Assembly (NCBI GenBank): GCA_032718475.1
Contig: JAUCBJ010005111.1
Location: 21,789 to 85,788, forward strand
DNA: 64,000 bases
Reading direction: 5' to 3'
Source of the DNA: Nemertoderma westbladi
Taxonomy: Eukaryota > Animalia > Xenacoelomorpha
The translations under genes and the position numbers were made by a program. Below, piece after piece: positions 25,091 through 37,760 of this stretch; the first letter of the stretch is position 1, and each line of letters opens with the position of its first letter. Under the pieces are notes generated by a model. It was not told the origin of the DNA and searched no databases. It saw nothing but the letters and a program-made list of their open reading frames with translations.

Positions 25091-27390
25091 GTGAGCACGG
25101 GAAAGTTTGTGATGGCGGAGAGGTTAGTAAAGAAGAGAAAGGCGGAGAAGACTGGAAAGGAGTTACTAGTGGACTTCACGCAGAGGCATCCGGAGGAGAA
25201 GACGAGAGGATACTACAAACTGCAACAAAGGGTCACAAAGCGCACACACTACAGGACCAGTTTAGGGAGATGCACGAGAGATGACTGGTCAGGACCTACG
25301 GGACGCCGTCGTTAGACAACACGATCCTCGAGCATTTCTGCTATGTAGTAAAGGGAGACGAGGCGAAGTTTGGGATACCGAAGTATCCGAGGGAACCACC
25401 GAGGAAGGAGTGGAGGAGGTTTGTGGAGTCCGTGAGCAGGGGCAGGTACATTGTCCTAGATGATGAAGGGACTGTGGAGGACGATGAGGGCTCGAGAAGA
25501 GGGTCGGCGGGATCGTCCAGAACTATACTACTGCATTTGGCAGCGCCAAACGGAGATATTTTTCTATTCGATCTGGGGACCTACGGGAAGAAGAGCGGGC
25601 CGAAGTTGAACCGGTTGCCGAGGGCGGTGCAGGACCTAGTGAGACAGAAGACTACAGTTAAGGTGGGATCGGCGATCCGCGACGATGCGGACAGGATAAT
25701 CGGACCGGAGACCCCAATCTCCTGGACATGCAAGTGGTCTATATGGCTATGATGGGGCCAGAGAAATTGGGATTAGTAGAGAACCCGGGACATTGTGGAG
25801 CCGTGGCGATGGGCCAACTGATGGGGCTCGTCTGCCACAAGCCGATGGACTGGGGCAAGTTCCGAGAGGAGTACGGAGCAGAACTTGCGAACTTGCTGAA
25901 ATGGGGAGCGAGGCCAGGGAAGCAGGAGATATATCAGTTCCTAAGGGGAGCGATAAAGATATATCAGAAGAGATATATCTTACAGGAGGATTGGATAATG
26001 ATAGGTTTATTAAACCTATTCATGGCCGTGGTTTTCGGAAGAGAGCCAACGGCGTTTCTACTATCAGGAGCACCTCTAAATCACAGGAGAGCAATCATCA
26101 GGATTGCAAGCGATGCCCATACCATGGGGCTCCGAGGGCGATTTTGGAAGGAAGAGATGGAGGGAGCTGGAAGGGTGGCAAGTCATGGGTGGAAACCAAG
26201 GTGGAAAGGGACATAGTGGATCTACCGGGCTACTGGGTTCGGGTCCACTCCCGGCGAGAGAGGAGGATGATGACGAGTTCGGGGTGATGCCACTGATTGA
26301 GAGAATTGCGGCCCCAGCGGGGGACGAGGGGGAGGACAAGTTCGGCGTAATGCCGCCGATTGCGAGGATCGGCCACTCAGATACGGACTGGGGTGGCGGG
26401 AGAGTGGTGAGCGGGGCAAGAGCCTTCTGGGACAAACCCGGTAAGCGGACCTGGGAGCACAGGGAGCCAGCGATGGATTTCGCGGCAAGTTCGATCAGGT
26501 TGGGCGAGCTACCGGGAACGGCACCACGAGTAGTGTTTGGGGAGACGATGCCGAGGGTGGAGGAAGACGTCGACATGGGTAGGGACCACAGCATCCAGAT
26601 GTTTGCTTATCAGCGGCTCCATAGACCCAGGAGACCACACGGGGCCAAGGATGACTTGGGGCGGGACGCACTGATACACGGCTGTGATTACTGTGGGAGG
26701 CTAACCCACCAGGAAAGGAGCTGCCTGTATCGATTCCAGAAGGGGACGAGCTGTCTCTACTGCCGTGAGTCGACCCATAGGATGGGTGCATGTCCAAGGC
26801 TGCACAACCGATGCTCAAAGTGTAACTTTCGAGGGCACTTTGGGCGCCAGTGCGATTGGATGGACGACGAAGAGAAGTTTAGGATCTTCGAGGAGTGGGC
26901 CGACGTCGGTGTCATGACAGGGCAGAGGATAAAGGCCCAGGAGTTCCGGTGGGGCTTCTTTAATATCAACCTGGGAGCCGACCAGGATATTATTAAGAGG
27001 AGACTGCCATTCACATATCAGGAGGTAGCGACAGCGGCATCATATGGAGGAGTCATTAACACTCAGATATACTTAGATAGATGGTCGCCAGAAAATAGGG
27101 TCGAGTTCAGGGACTTTCTCGCAGAGCATGTGCCGCGGGCGATGAAAATGATCCTGTGGGACGCTACCAGGGGGAAACAGGAGGGACACTCGGAGGGACC
27201 ACCCGCAAAGCGATACAGGGAGTTGATAACACCTGCGCCCAAAGAACCAACGACGGGGCTTAGCAAAACGGTATCGGCAAGGATGAGGAGTCTGCAGGAG
27301 GATAAGCCGGAGGGAAGGAAACGGCCCAGACAAGATGACGATTGGGGCAAAGATCTCAGATGGTTCCCGAAGGCGGGAGGAGCGAACTAG
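25091..27390 (+). pseudogene. E2 accessory ORF3: DEDDy-type 3'-5' exonuclease + three CCHC zinc knuckles (frameshifted)
   Basis: YIVLDDEG; LHLAAPNGDIFLFDL; LPRAVQDLVRQKTTVKVGSAIRDD; YQKRYILQE; CDYCGRLTHQERSC, CLYCRESTHRMGAC, CSKCNFRGHFGRQC. Confidence 0.8.
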
Positions 27391-28126
27391 AACTCAGGGA
27401 CATAGGTGTGGGTGTGCCTGGAAGGCACCACATGTAGGAAAGAGTATGAACTCCAAAGTGCAAATAATCAAGTGCAATTGGTGTGTATGTATGTAAAATA
27501 ATTTATCAATAACCAAATATATATATATAATCAATGTAAGTACTATAGTCATATATTACCTTTTTCCAACTAGCTACTGGGACTGGGGACCAATTAACTA
27601 TGACAGGAGGACGAGACATTAGACGGATCACGCTTCCTGAGTGCGACGGCACAAAAGAGAACGTGAGGCTTGTCAGGGGCGAGTGAAGTAAAAATGGGTT
27701 GAGTACAGGGGAATCGGGGGAAGTACAGAGAGGGTGCGTAGAGGTGTGAGGAAGTGAAAGGAGTGCAATTCAAGTGTGGGGAGCGAGCAGTGAGGGAGGA
27801 TGAGTCCCAAGGGACTGGAGAGAGAAGAAGGGACAGCAAGGTCCGTGAGGAAGATTTGAGTAAGGTTAAAGGAAAATTGTGTGGAGAGTGAGCACAATGG
27901 TCTCAAATAGAGACACCAGATACTTCGGTGCAACATAGCTCGCGATTGCACCAAGGATGGGTGGTAATAACACACCCAGGGGGGGTGGGGGGGGGGGGTC
28001 TGGAAAGCCGACCCCGAGAAAAGAACTCCACCCCACACCCAATATTAGATTGGGTTCCAGCGGAATTGAAGCACACTTAAGGTTGATGCTATCTTCTCAC
28101 CGGGAAGATAGCATGGGGGGGGGGAG

Positions 28127-28767
28127 TGTAAGCGGATTCAATTCCCTTCATCTCCACCCTAAAGTGGGACAAGTGGCATTTTACCAACATGGCGTTGGCG
28201 ATGCGAGATTACCAATAAATAATCTCGCCTCATAACCAACTCGGGGGGGGGGGGGGCGACACACGCCCTGCCCTAAGCCACAGAGAGAGGTGAGAGGTCA
28301 AACCACCTCAGAGGGAAAACCCAGCTAGCGAGGCTAGCATCAGGGAGTAACACCTACAGGGAGTGCCGAAGTGACAATTAGTATATAAGCCAATAGCGGG
28401 CAGGGAAGCACGTGGGGAAAGATAGGAAAGCATCCATTGGGTATCACAAAGGCCACAGTAATGTAGAGGTGAAACTAATATGTATCAATCATATAGTTAA
28501 TCTGATTACTGATTTACCGGTCAGTTGATTATCACATAGTTGCGGACTGGCATAGTTTTGACCGTCATTTTATATGGTAAATTACAATTACTGTACTGTT
28601 GCTGTGATTATTTATATTACAATCTATGTTGTTCATTAATCCGACTGTGCTATTATCGCTGAGATTAATACCGAGAAATCGGCCAAAGATACCAGCCCAG
28701 CAGACCAGCAACTAAGTGACGCGTACAGCCTTACCCGGTCGGGATCATAGAACTCAATCCCATCACA
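28127..28767 (+). repeat. E2 3' LTR
   Basis: Follows the poly-G PPT and ends ...TCACA before TSD ATTAG. Confidence 0.93.
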
Positions 28768-31700
28768 ATTAGTGCCCGCTAGATATTAGTGCCCACGAGA
28801 CATTAGTGCCCACGTGAAATTAGTGCTCACGTGACATTAGTGCCCACTATACATTAGTGCCTGCTAGACATTAGTGCCCATGAGACATTAGTGCCCACGT
28901 GAAATTAGTGCCCACATGACATTAGTGCCCGCTAGACATTAGTGCCCGCTAGACATTAGTGCCCACGTGAAATTAGTGCCCACATGACATTAGTGCCCGC
29001 GAGACATTAGTGCCAACGCGACATTAGTGCCCACGTGAAATTAGTGCCCACGTGACATTAGTGCCCACTACACATTAGTGCCCACGTGAAATTAGTGCCC
29101 ACGTGACATTAGTGCCCGCTAACTAGACATTAGTGCCCGCTACACATTAGTGCCCACGTGAAATTAATGCCCACGTGACATTAGTGCCCGTTAGATAGAC
29201 ATTAGTGCCCGCTACACATTAGTGCCCACGAGACATTAGTGCCGGCGAGACATAAGTGCCCACGAGGCATTAGTGCCCAAGTGAAATCAGAGCCCACGTG
29301 ACATTAGTGCCCGCTAGACATTAGTGGCCGCTAGAAATTAGTGCCCATGAGACATTAGTGCCCATGTGTCATTAGTGCCCGCTAGACATTAGTGCCCACT
29401 AGACATTAGTGCCCATTCGACATTAGTGCCCAGGTGAAATTAAGTGCCCACGTTACATTAGTGCCCGCTAGACATTAGTGCCCGCTAGATATTAGTGCCC
29501 ACGAGACATTAGTGCCCACGTGAAATTAGTGCCCACGTGACATTAGTGCCCGCTAGACATTAGTGCCCGCGATACATTAGTGCCAACGAGACATTAGTGC
29601 CCACGTGAAATTAGTGCCCACGTGACATTAGTGCCCGCTACACATTAGTGCCCACGTGAAATTAGTGCCCACGTGACATTAGTGCCCGATAGCTAGACAT
29701 TAGTGCCCGCTAGATATTAGTGCCCACGAGACATTAGTGCCCACGTGAAATTAGTGCTCACGTGACATTAGTGCCCGCTAGACATTAGTGGCCGCCAGAC
29801 ATTAGTGCCCATGAGACATTCGTGCCCATGTGTCGTTAGTGCCCGCTAGACATTAGTGCCCATTAGACAATAGTGCCCACGTGAAATTAGTGCTCACGTG
29901 ACATTAGTGCCAGCTAGACATTAGTGCCCGCTAGACATGAGTGCCCATGAGACATTAGTGCCCACGTGTCATTAGTTCGCGCTAGACATTACTGCCCATT
30001 AGACATTAGTGCCCATGTGTCATGAGTGCCCGCTAGACATTAGTGCCCACGAAACATTAGTGCCCATGAGACTTTAGTCCCCACGTGTCATTAGTGCCCG
30101 CTAGGCATTAGTGCCCATGAGGCATTAGTGCTAGTGCCCACGTGTCATTAGTGCCCGCTAGACATTAGTGCCCATGAGTCATTAGTTCCCACGTGTCATT
30201 TGTGCCCACCAGACATTAGTGCCCGCGAGACATAGGTGCCCATGAGACTTTAATGCCCACATGACATTAGTGCCCGTAGACATTAGTGCCCGTTAGACAT
30301 TAGTGCCCATGAGACATTAGTGCCCACGTGTCATTCGTGCCCGTAGACATTAGTGCCCGTTAGACATTAGTGCCCATGAGACATTAGTGCCCACGTGTCA
30401 TTCGTGCCCACTTGAAATTAGTGCTCACGTGACATTAGTGCCCGCTATACATTAGTGCCTGCTAGACATTAGTGCCCATGAGACATTAGTGCCCACGTGA
30501 AATTAGTGCCCACATGACATTAGTGCCCGCTAGACATTAGTGCCCGCTAGACATTAGTGCCCACGTGAAATTAGTGCCCACGTGACATTAGTGCCCGCTA
30601 GACATTAGTGCCCGCGAGACATTAGTGCCAACGCGACATTAGTGCCCACGTGAAATTAGTGCCCACGTGACATTAGTGCCCGCTACACATTAGTGCCCAC
30701 GTGAAATTAGTGCCCGCTAACTAGACATTAGTGCCCGCTACACATTAGTGCCCACGTGAAATTAATGCCCACGTGACATTAGTGCCCGTTAGATAGACAT
30801 TAGTGCCCGCTACACATTAGTGCCCACGAGACATTAGTGCCCGCGAGACATTAGTGCCCACGAGGCATTAGTGCCCAAGTGAAATCAGAGCCCACGTGAC
30901 ATTAGTGCCCGCTAGACATTAGTGGCCGCTAGAAATTAGTGCCCATGAGACATTAGTGCCCATGTGTCATTAGTGCCCGCTAGACATTAGTGCCCACTAG
31001 ACATTAGTGCCCATTCGACATTAGTGCCCACGTGAAATTAAGTGCCCACGTTACATTAGTGCCCGCTAGACATTAGTGCCCGCTAGATATTACTGCCCAC
31101 GAGACATTAGTGCCCACGTGAAATTAGTGCCCACGTGACATTAGTGCCCGCTAGACATTAGTGCCCGCGATACATTAGTGCCAACGAGACATTAGTGCCC
31201 ACGTGAAATTAGTGCCCACGTGACATTAGCGCCCGCTACACATTAGTGCCCACGTGAAATTAGTGCCCACGTGACATTAGTGCCCGATAGCTAGACATTA
31301 GTGCCCGCTAGATATTAGTGCCCACGAGACATTAGTGCCCACGTGAAATTAGTGCTCACGTGACATTAGTGCCCGCTAGACATTAGTGGCCGCCAGACAT
31401 TAGTGCCCATGAGACATTCGTGCCCATGTGTCGTTAGTGCCCGCTAGTCATTAGTGCCCGCTAGACATTAGTGCCCATTAGACAATAGTGCCCACGTGAA
31501 ATTAGTGCTCACGTGACATTAGTGCCAGCTAGACATTAGTGCCCGCTAGACATGAGTGCCCATGAGATATTAGTGCCCACGTGTCATTAGTTCGCGCTAG
31601 ACATTAGTGCCCATGAGACATTAGTGCCCATGTGTCATTAGTGCCCGCTAGACATTAGTGCCCACGAAACATTAGTGCCCATGAGACTTTAGTCCCCACG

Positions 31701-32473
31701 TGTCATTAGTGCCCGCTAGACATTAGTGCCCATGAGGCATTAGTGCTAGTGCCCACGTGTCATTAGTGCCCGCTAGACATTAGTGCCCATGAGACATTAG
31801 TGCCCACGTGTCATTAGTGCCCACCAGACATTAGTGCCCGCGAGACATAGGTGCCCATGAGACTTTAATGCCCACGTGACATTAGTGCCCGTAGACATTA
31901 GTGCCCGTTAGACATTAGTGCCCATGAGACATTAGTGCCCACGTGTCATTCGTGCCCACTTGAAATTAGTGCTCACGTGACATTGGTGCCCGCTAGACAT
32001 TAGTGCCCTCTAGACATTAGTGCCCATGAGACATTAGTGCCCACGTGTCATTAGTGCCCGCTCGCTAGACATTAGTGCCCGCTAGACATTAGTGCCCACG
32101 TGTCATTATTGCCCGCTAGACATTAGTGTCCATGAGACATCCGTGCCCACGTGTCATTAGTGCCCGCTAGACATTAGTGCCCGCGAGACATTAGTGCCCA
32201 TGAGACTTTAGTGCCCACGTGTCATTAGTGCCCGCTAGACATTAGTGCCCATGAGACATTAGTGCCCACGTGTCATTAGTGCCCGCTAGACATTAGTGCC
32301 CATGAGACATTAGTGCCCATGAGACTTTAGTGCCTACGTGTCATTAGTGCCCGCTAGACATTAGTGCCCGCTAGACATTAGAGCCCATGAGACATTAGTG
32401 CCCACGTGTCATAAGTGCCCGCTAGACATTAGTGCCCATGAGACATTAGTGCCCACGTGAAATTAGTGCCCAC
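28768..32473. repeat. 15-bp satellite, right part, with ~1.6-kb internal duplication
   Basis: Same 15-mer. Rare variant gtgaaatcagagccc recurs at 29281 and 30879. Confidence 0.97.
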
Positions 32474-34105
32474 CTAGCGAATTATTATATGTCATTCAAC
32501 AGGGCCAGGAATACATCTCCCGCTTCTTTATTTCCTGCTCGAACGCAAACTATCTTCAAACGTCAAAAGGACAACTTTCCAATTCAAGCTTTATCCCCCC
32601 CCCCCCCCCCCCCCCATACCTCTGGTTAAATTTAACCTTTTTACTTTCTACTCGAATCAATTATGATTGAAAAATTAATTAACCTCGGTTAGGAGCGGTG
32701 GCATTTATATTATTTGGTTTTGCGGCCAATTCTTCAAGGAGTGATGTTCAAGCGACGGCGTTTGATTATTTATACATAAACTATTTTTAACTGAGTATGT
32801 TTAAATTGTTTTTTTTAACTTTGCTTTGAGACAAGATTTAATATTAAAACAAGGTGTAGGTAGTACTTATAATTATTGTCCGAGGACACACTAACTATTT
32901 ATATTATTGCAATGGAGGAGACCGTTGTCGACGACTTTGGTGTAGTTGAATGGGATATATGTAAGAAGAAAAATCGGATATTCCGCTGTGTTATTGCTGG
33001 TGTAGTGGTGATCATATTATATTTATGTTTACTTGGAAACCGTTTAAAACTGTTGGGAACAAACTTTTTGGGACGCCACTAATATGAGTGGTTCGTTGAA
33101 AGTCGACAATCCTGGTTATCGAACAACCTACCTGTACATATTATAAAGAGCTCGTCTGACTTACTGCCTTTACACAATTTACCAATACCGATGTATCTTT
33201 TTGTCATTAATCTGTATATTTGAGTCAGGTTTGTTAACTCAATGATGTGTAACTGGTGTAATATTGCTGGAGACACTTTTTTTTAAACGCATGTAGCTAA
33301 AGATTGAAAGCAAAAATAAAAATTCTGGCTCACCCAGTCAGTGGTCGGGAGGTGAAACTATCTCTGTTTCAAATTTCATGCAATCTCATTATGATTTGTA
33401 AAAAAATTAGGGGGGGGGGGGGGGGGGGGGGGGCGTGTCACTGAATTACGACACTATATTCTGGGACATGGTGTATGGATGTTTCAATACCGGTATAAAA
33501 TGCAAGGTGGCGTTCAATAACGATATGTGCTGTATTAAGCAGAGACGGTTTACACACTCCCATATACACCATAACCCTTTAATACAACAACCATTTTTAG
33601 GATGTCGGAGCTCCCCCCCCCCCCCCCCCCCCCACCCCCCACCCCCTAATTTTTTTCAAATTTCAATAAAATGCTACGAAATTTGGTATGATGATAGATC
33701 GACACCTTTTCTTACTGGTGGCCTGGCCGGATTTTTTAATTTATCATTAGATCATTAGAGCCCTCATCTGCGGATTCTGAATCTGAAATCCGTTGAAAAT
33801 TTCACCAAGAACTTCCGGAGATATTATCAAAATACTAAGGTGTAAATCTTTGTGACATAAATCGCTATAATTCTAATGTTTTTTTTACTCAATTCTAGAA
33901 TATTAATTATACAAAAGAATAACATAGCTAAAGTGTGGTTTGTAATTGTAATTGTAAGTGTGGTTTGTAATGTAATTTATTGTTACTACGGCAACAATAA
34001 ATTTATATACCTATTGTAGATAATTTTGTTAATATTTGCTTGTTATTACCAATGTAACCTCCAGTGAGTAATTAAATCAATAAAATTTACAACATTATTG
34101 ATGTT

Positions 34106-34861
34106 TTGAGTATGACAACATTGAGTTCAGGTTTGGAAGGTTGTGACTATTGTGAATTGTCACCATGTCAACGGTGTGTGGATACCCAGCGGATATGCAA
34201 AGTTTGTCGAACGCTGGCTTTCTACAAAGGCGACAAAGAACTGAAAAAGGGCGAATTCTGGAACAAGATGATTCGAATGTTTGAACCGATAAAACCAGGT
34301 GAATTATTTGCGAATGGCTCAGACAGACATCGATATTTGTTCAAAGGGTTGCCTTCTATCAGTGTGTATCGAAGCGATTACGTTAATTTAATGAATAAGT
34401 TAGATTGGTCGACAACGACTCGATGGAAAGAACCCAAGTTCACAGCGAAACTTCAAGTGGAAGAATGCGAGCAGTCCTTGCTTCGAAAACTGCCAATAGT
34501 TAATCAGAAACCCAGCGACATTGACTTGGATAAACGTGGGGGGGAGATAGATGAAGTTAATGGTAGAGGAACAGCGAATCTTGGGAGTGGACAACTCGAT
34601 TATAAACCAATAGTGGAGAGAATCCGGGTGACTGTTCCAAAAGTAACACATGATGATGGGGGAATGTGGTTGAAGCCCGCAACTACGAAACAAAGAGTTA
34701 TGTTGCGGGATCTAATGAGGTCGGTAGATAACCCGAAGGAAACAGTTCTGAAAGATGGATTATCTGAATGGGTGAAAAATACTTCACAATCAGATCGATC
34801 GGTAATCTCAGAGTTCCTAGACAAAATAGACAAATATGTTGAGAATGAAGATAGTCAATGA
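34106..34861 (+). CDS. Unknown 251-aa protein with Cys-rich N-terminus
   Basis: Uninterrupted ORF, less AT-rich than its flanks, CDYCELSPCQRC...CKVC. No transposase motif recognised. Confidence 0.55.
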   Translation: MSMTTLSSGLEGCDYCELSPCQRCVDTQRICKVCRTLAFYKGDKELKKGEFWNKMIRMFEPIKPGELFANGSDRHRYLFKGLPSISVYRSDYVNLMNKLDWSTTTRWKEPKFTAKLQVEECEQSLLRKLPIVNQKPSDIDLDKRGGEIDEVNGRGTANLGSGQLDYKPIVERIRVTVPKVTHDDGGMWLKPATTKQRVMLRDLMRSVDNPKETVLKDGLSEWVKNTSQSDRSVISEFLDKIDKYVENEDSQ

Positions 34862-35284
34862 GGAAGTGCAAAAAATACTGAATATTATACAAAGAGTTTA
34901 ATGTCAGAACAGCACATTTGCTTTTATTATTCTGTAAAAAAATTAATGAATATAATTATAATATTATATATATATTTATTAAGACTTATTGTGATACTAA
35001 TTATGGGTAATGAAAAAACAAGATGGAGAGTTTTAAACGCTCAGCTAAATAATAATTAATATTCTAGAATAAAGACAACAAAACATCAGAATTATAGCGA
35101 TTTACGTCCCTGAATTTCCACATTAGTATTTTGATAATATCTTTACCAATTTTTGGTTAAATTTAAAACGGCTTTCAGATTCTGAATCTACAGACGAAGG
35201 CGCTTCGAATGATATCTAGACTACATTTCAAAGACGTAAAATAAAGTCTACCGAGGTGGTTAAACATTGCTAAATAGACATTTT

Positions 35285-36154
35285 GGCTCTCTTACAGTTT
35301 GCCGTGCCACCTATATATTCAATATAATTCAAAAAATATATAATTGTTATAATTATATAATATATATTTACGCAAGTGATACCGTAATTTACTCTACGTA
35401 CAATTACATTTTGTTACGTCTTGTGTAGCTAATGTTTTTATTGTTTGTTACTAAACCGGGTACACTTCCTTCACTTCCTTCTAGTTTCCCTAATTATGAA
35501 ATGATAGATTAAAAACTATCATTTTATTATATCAAAAAATGGCCAGCTACAGTAGCTAGTTTTTTTTTCTTGTTTTTAATGTTCTCGAACATTATCAATC
35601 CATTTCATATAAAAATGTTGTTTTAGAAAAAATATTTTTTTGTTCTAGAACAAAAAATCTAAAGTACTAGCTAATTTGTTAATTTTTGCGGTACACTATA
35701 GAGCGTGCGCCGGCGTACCTCCAGCTATATCAGCGTTACGTACGGCAATGTTCCTTGTAGACCTGCCCACCGACCCCTCCTCCTCTAATGATTAACGAAC
35801 TCTTTTTATTAAATAATTTTATTAATTTATTGCAGCGATATATTAATTGATTTTAAATCTTTACTCCATATGTTGGAATTAATACAATTAAATGTCAATC
35901 TGTTAATTTTTTATTGTATGTTATCTTTGTATAAATTCTTTATACTAGCTAGTTTTTGTTTCTTTTTTTAATGTTATAGAACATATTATCTGTACATTTA
36001 ATATAAAAATTTTGTTCTAGAACAAATATTTTTTGTTATAGAACAAATATTTTTTGTTATAGAACAAATATTTTTTGTTATAGAACAAATATTTTAAGAT
36101 CATTTTATTATATCAAAATATGGCTATAATGGCACGGTAAAGTGTAAGAGTCCC
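35285..36154. mobile_element. MITE with ~25-bp TIRs and 8-bp TSD, nested in the TIR element
   Basis: GG..CTCTTACAGTTTGCCGTGCCA vs TGGCACGGTAAAGTGTAAGAG..CC. TSD GACATTTT at 35277-35284 and 36155-36162. Confidence 0.8.
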
Positions 36155-37469
36155 GACATTTTTAAGGGATTGTTATATGGAAATAACTGAGAAATTGAAA
36201 AATCCGGCCCGGACACCGCACCAGTAAGAAAAGGTGTCGATCTATCATCATACCAAATTTCGTAGCATTTTATTAATATTTGAAAAAAATTAGGAGGGGG
36301 GGGGGGGGGGGGGGGGGGCTCCGACCCCCTAAAAATGGTTGTTGTATTACGGGTTATGGTGTAGAGACAGGGGGGAAACTGGACGCAAATCCCAACTTGG
36401 CGAATTAATATCCCGCCTCAATATTAAATTCTCAATTTAGGGAAAGGAGCAGGTTACAGTGGCACGATATTTTAACCAAAACAATAAACTAAACACAATA
36501 GAACATGTTACAGTTTTATTTTTGAATGTAATCAGCTGTTATTCGCGTCCAAATTCCCCTGGAGAGGGATGAATTTTTATTGCGTCCCCTATCTGCCAAT
36601 ATAATGTAAATTTCCGTGTAATTGCTATTAGATGAATTGAAAAAAATTAAGGTAATCTTGGATAAATTCTTAATCGCGATCCACAGTAGTAGGCCCCTAC
36701 ACAATGGCATTTCGCGTAGGAACAACTCTATGGCCATAGTGTGCATGGGCTGGCGTTGTATAACCGGCGTTGTCGAGGTAGCCTGACCTAAAATTAAAAC
36801 AATAAATACTGTAAGTTAACTTTGTACAACATATACTAACTAATAGTATTTTAACGGAGAGTTAAAACTTATAATTTATATTATTTACACAACAAAATGT
36901 TATCAAACATGGTGTATTTATTATTTTTATAAATATAATAAATGGTAGGCCTATGTATCTGTCAAGGCTTTTACGGGAGGCTAACCCCACATCCGCCGCA
37001 AGTGAGTTCGTTTGTAACTCTTATGAGTGCTATCAAGTGCCTTGGGGTACTTGCCGCATAGCAGGAACACTCATGAAAGTTTATGTATATATATATTATA
37101 TAATATATATATCTCGTCTGAATGTACAATCAATCATTGTAAGTATATAGCTTCGGCACTATAAACTGCTTCAAGGGAATAAAGTAACTGTTGTTGTTGG
37201 CGGATAAATGTACGTGTGACTTATATATATTACAGTATTTCACATTTATTCATTTCATTTCACTTCACATTTCATTTCACATTCATTTTCACAGTATTTT
37301 ATATTATAGTATTTCACTTATATATATATACTGATGAATTATTTCACTATAAGATAGCATTTGTAGTTTAACTTTAACGTAAAAACTTTCGAAAATCCGA
37401 CGCATTTTGATTAAGTTACAGTAATGTAATATGCCTAGTCATATCAGTACACATAAAACCCCTGGTTAA

Positions 37470-37544
37470 TCTCGTGGCGTAGTGGTCAGATGGTTAAGGC
37501 GTTGTTTGCATTACATAGGTTACGAGTTCGAATCCCAGTCGGGA
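37470..37544 (+). promoter_or_regulatory. tRNA-like Pol III A/B-box cassette in the E3 LTR (second copy 52294-52368)
   Basis: TGGCGTAGTGG (A box) and GAGTTCGAATCCC (B box) at tRNA-like spacing, followed by TTTT. No clean cloverleaf. Confidence 0.6.
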
Positions 37545-37721
37545 AATTTGCATTTTGGGGCAATTTATTTTCATTTCATACAATTTGACAAACCAATGAG
37601 GTGCGTACAACACATGGAACGATGAGTTGGGCCAATCATAGGGCATGGAATATCTTATTGCTCCAATGTGAGGCCATGGAATACTCTAGAAAGTTCTAGT
37701 AGATTCTATGTCCCAGATTTA

Positions 37722-37760
37722 GTATATAAAGGGCTGGTTTGCCTTCGGTTATCACTTATC
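37722..37760 (+). promoter_or_regulatory. Probable E3 LTR Pol II promoter (CCAAT boxes, TATA, Inr)
   Basis: CCAAT repeats 37593-37668, GTATATAAA at 37722, TCACTT about 30 bp downstream. Confidence 0.55.

Larger units (their letters stand above)
17843..28767 (+). mobile_element. BEL/Pao LTR retrotransposon E2 (degenerate) inserted in the satellite
   Basis: LTRs 17843-18493 and 28127-28767 (TGT...ACA), TSD ATTAG (17838-17842, 28768-28772), G-rich PPT 28115-28126, BEL domain order PR-RT-RH-IN, plus extra ORF. Confidence 0.95.
33567..36361. mobile_element. TIR DNA element with long inverted ends and TA flanks, carrying a 251-aa ORF
   Basis: TA|CACCATAACCC...GGGTTATGGTG|TA. Inverted match 33567-33740 vs 36195-36361, continuing 33760-33910 vs 35050-35205. 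Confidence 0.8.

Noticed and set aside
15830-32473. CRISPR-like array
   Set aside because: Units are contiguous 15-mers with no unique spacers, there are no cas genes, and the context is eukaryotic. It is a satellite.
36516-37150. Possible host exons (also 32876-33276, 55076-55320)
   Set aside because: Short ORFs with no recognisable domain and no consistent splice chain.
37470-37544. Functional tRNA gene
   Set aside because: A/B boxes are present but I cannot build convincing D and anticodon arms. Kept only as a tRNA-like cassette.
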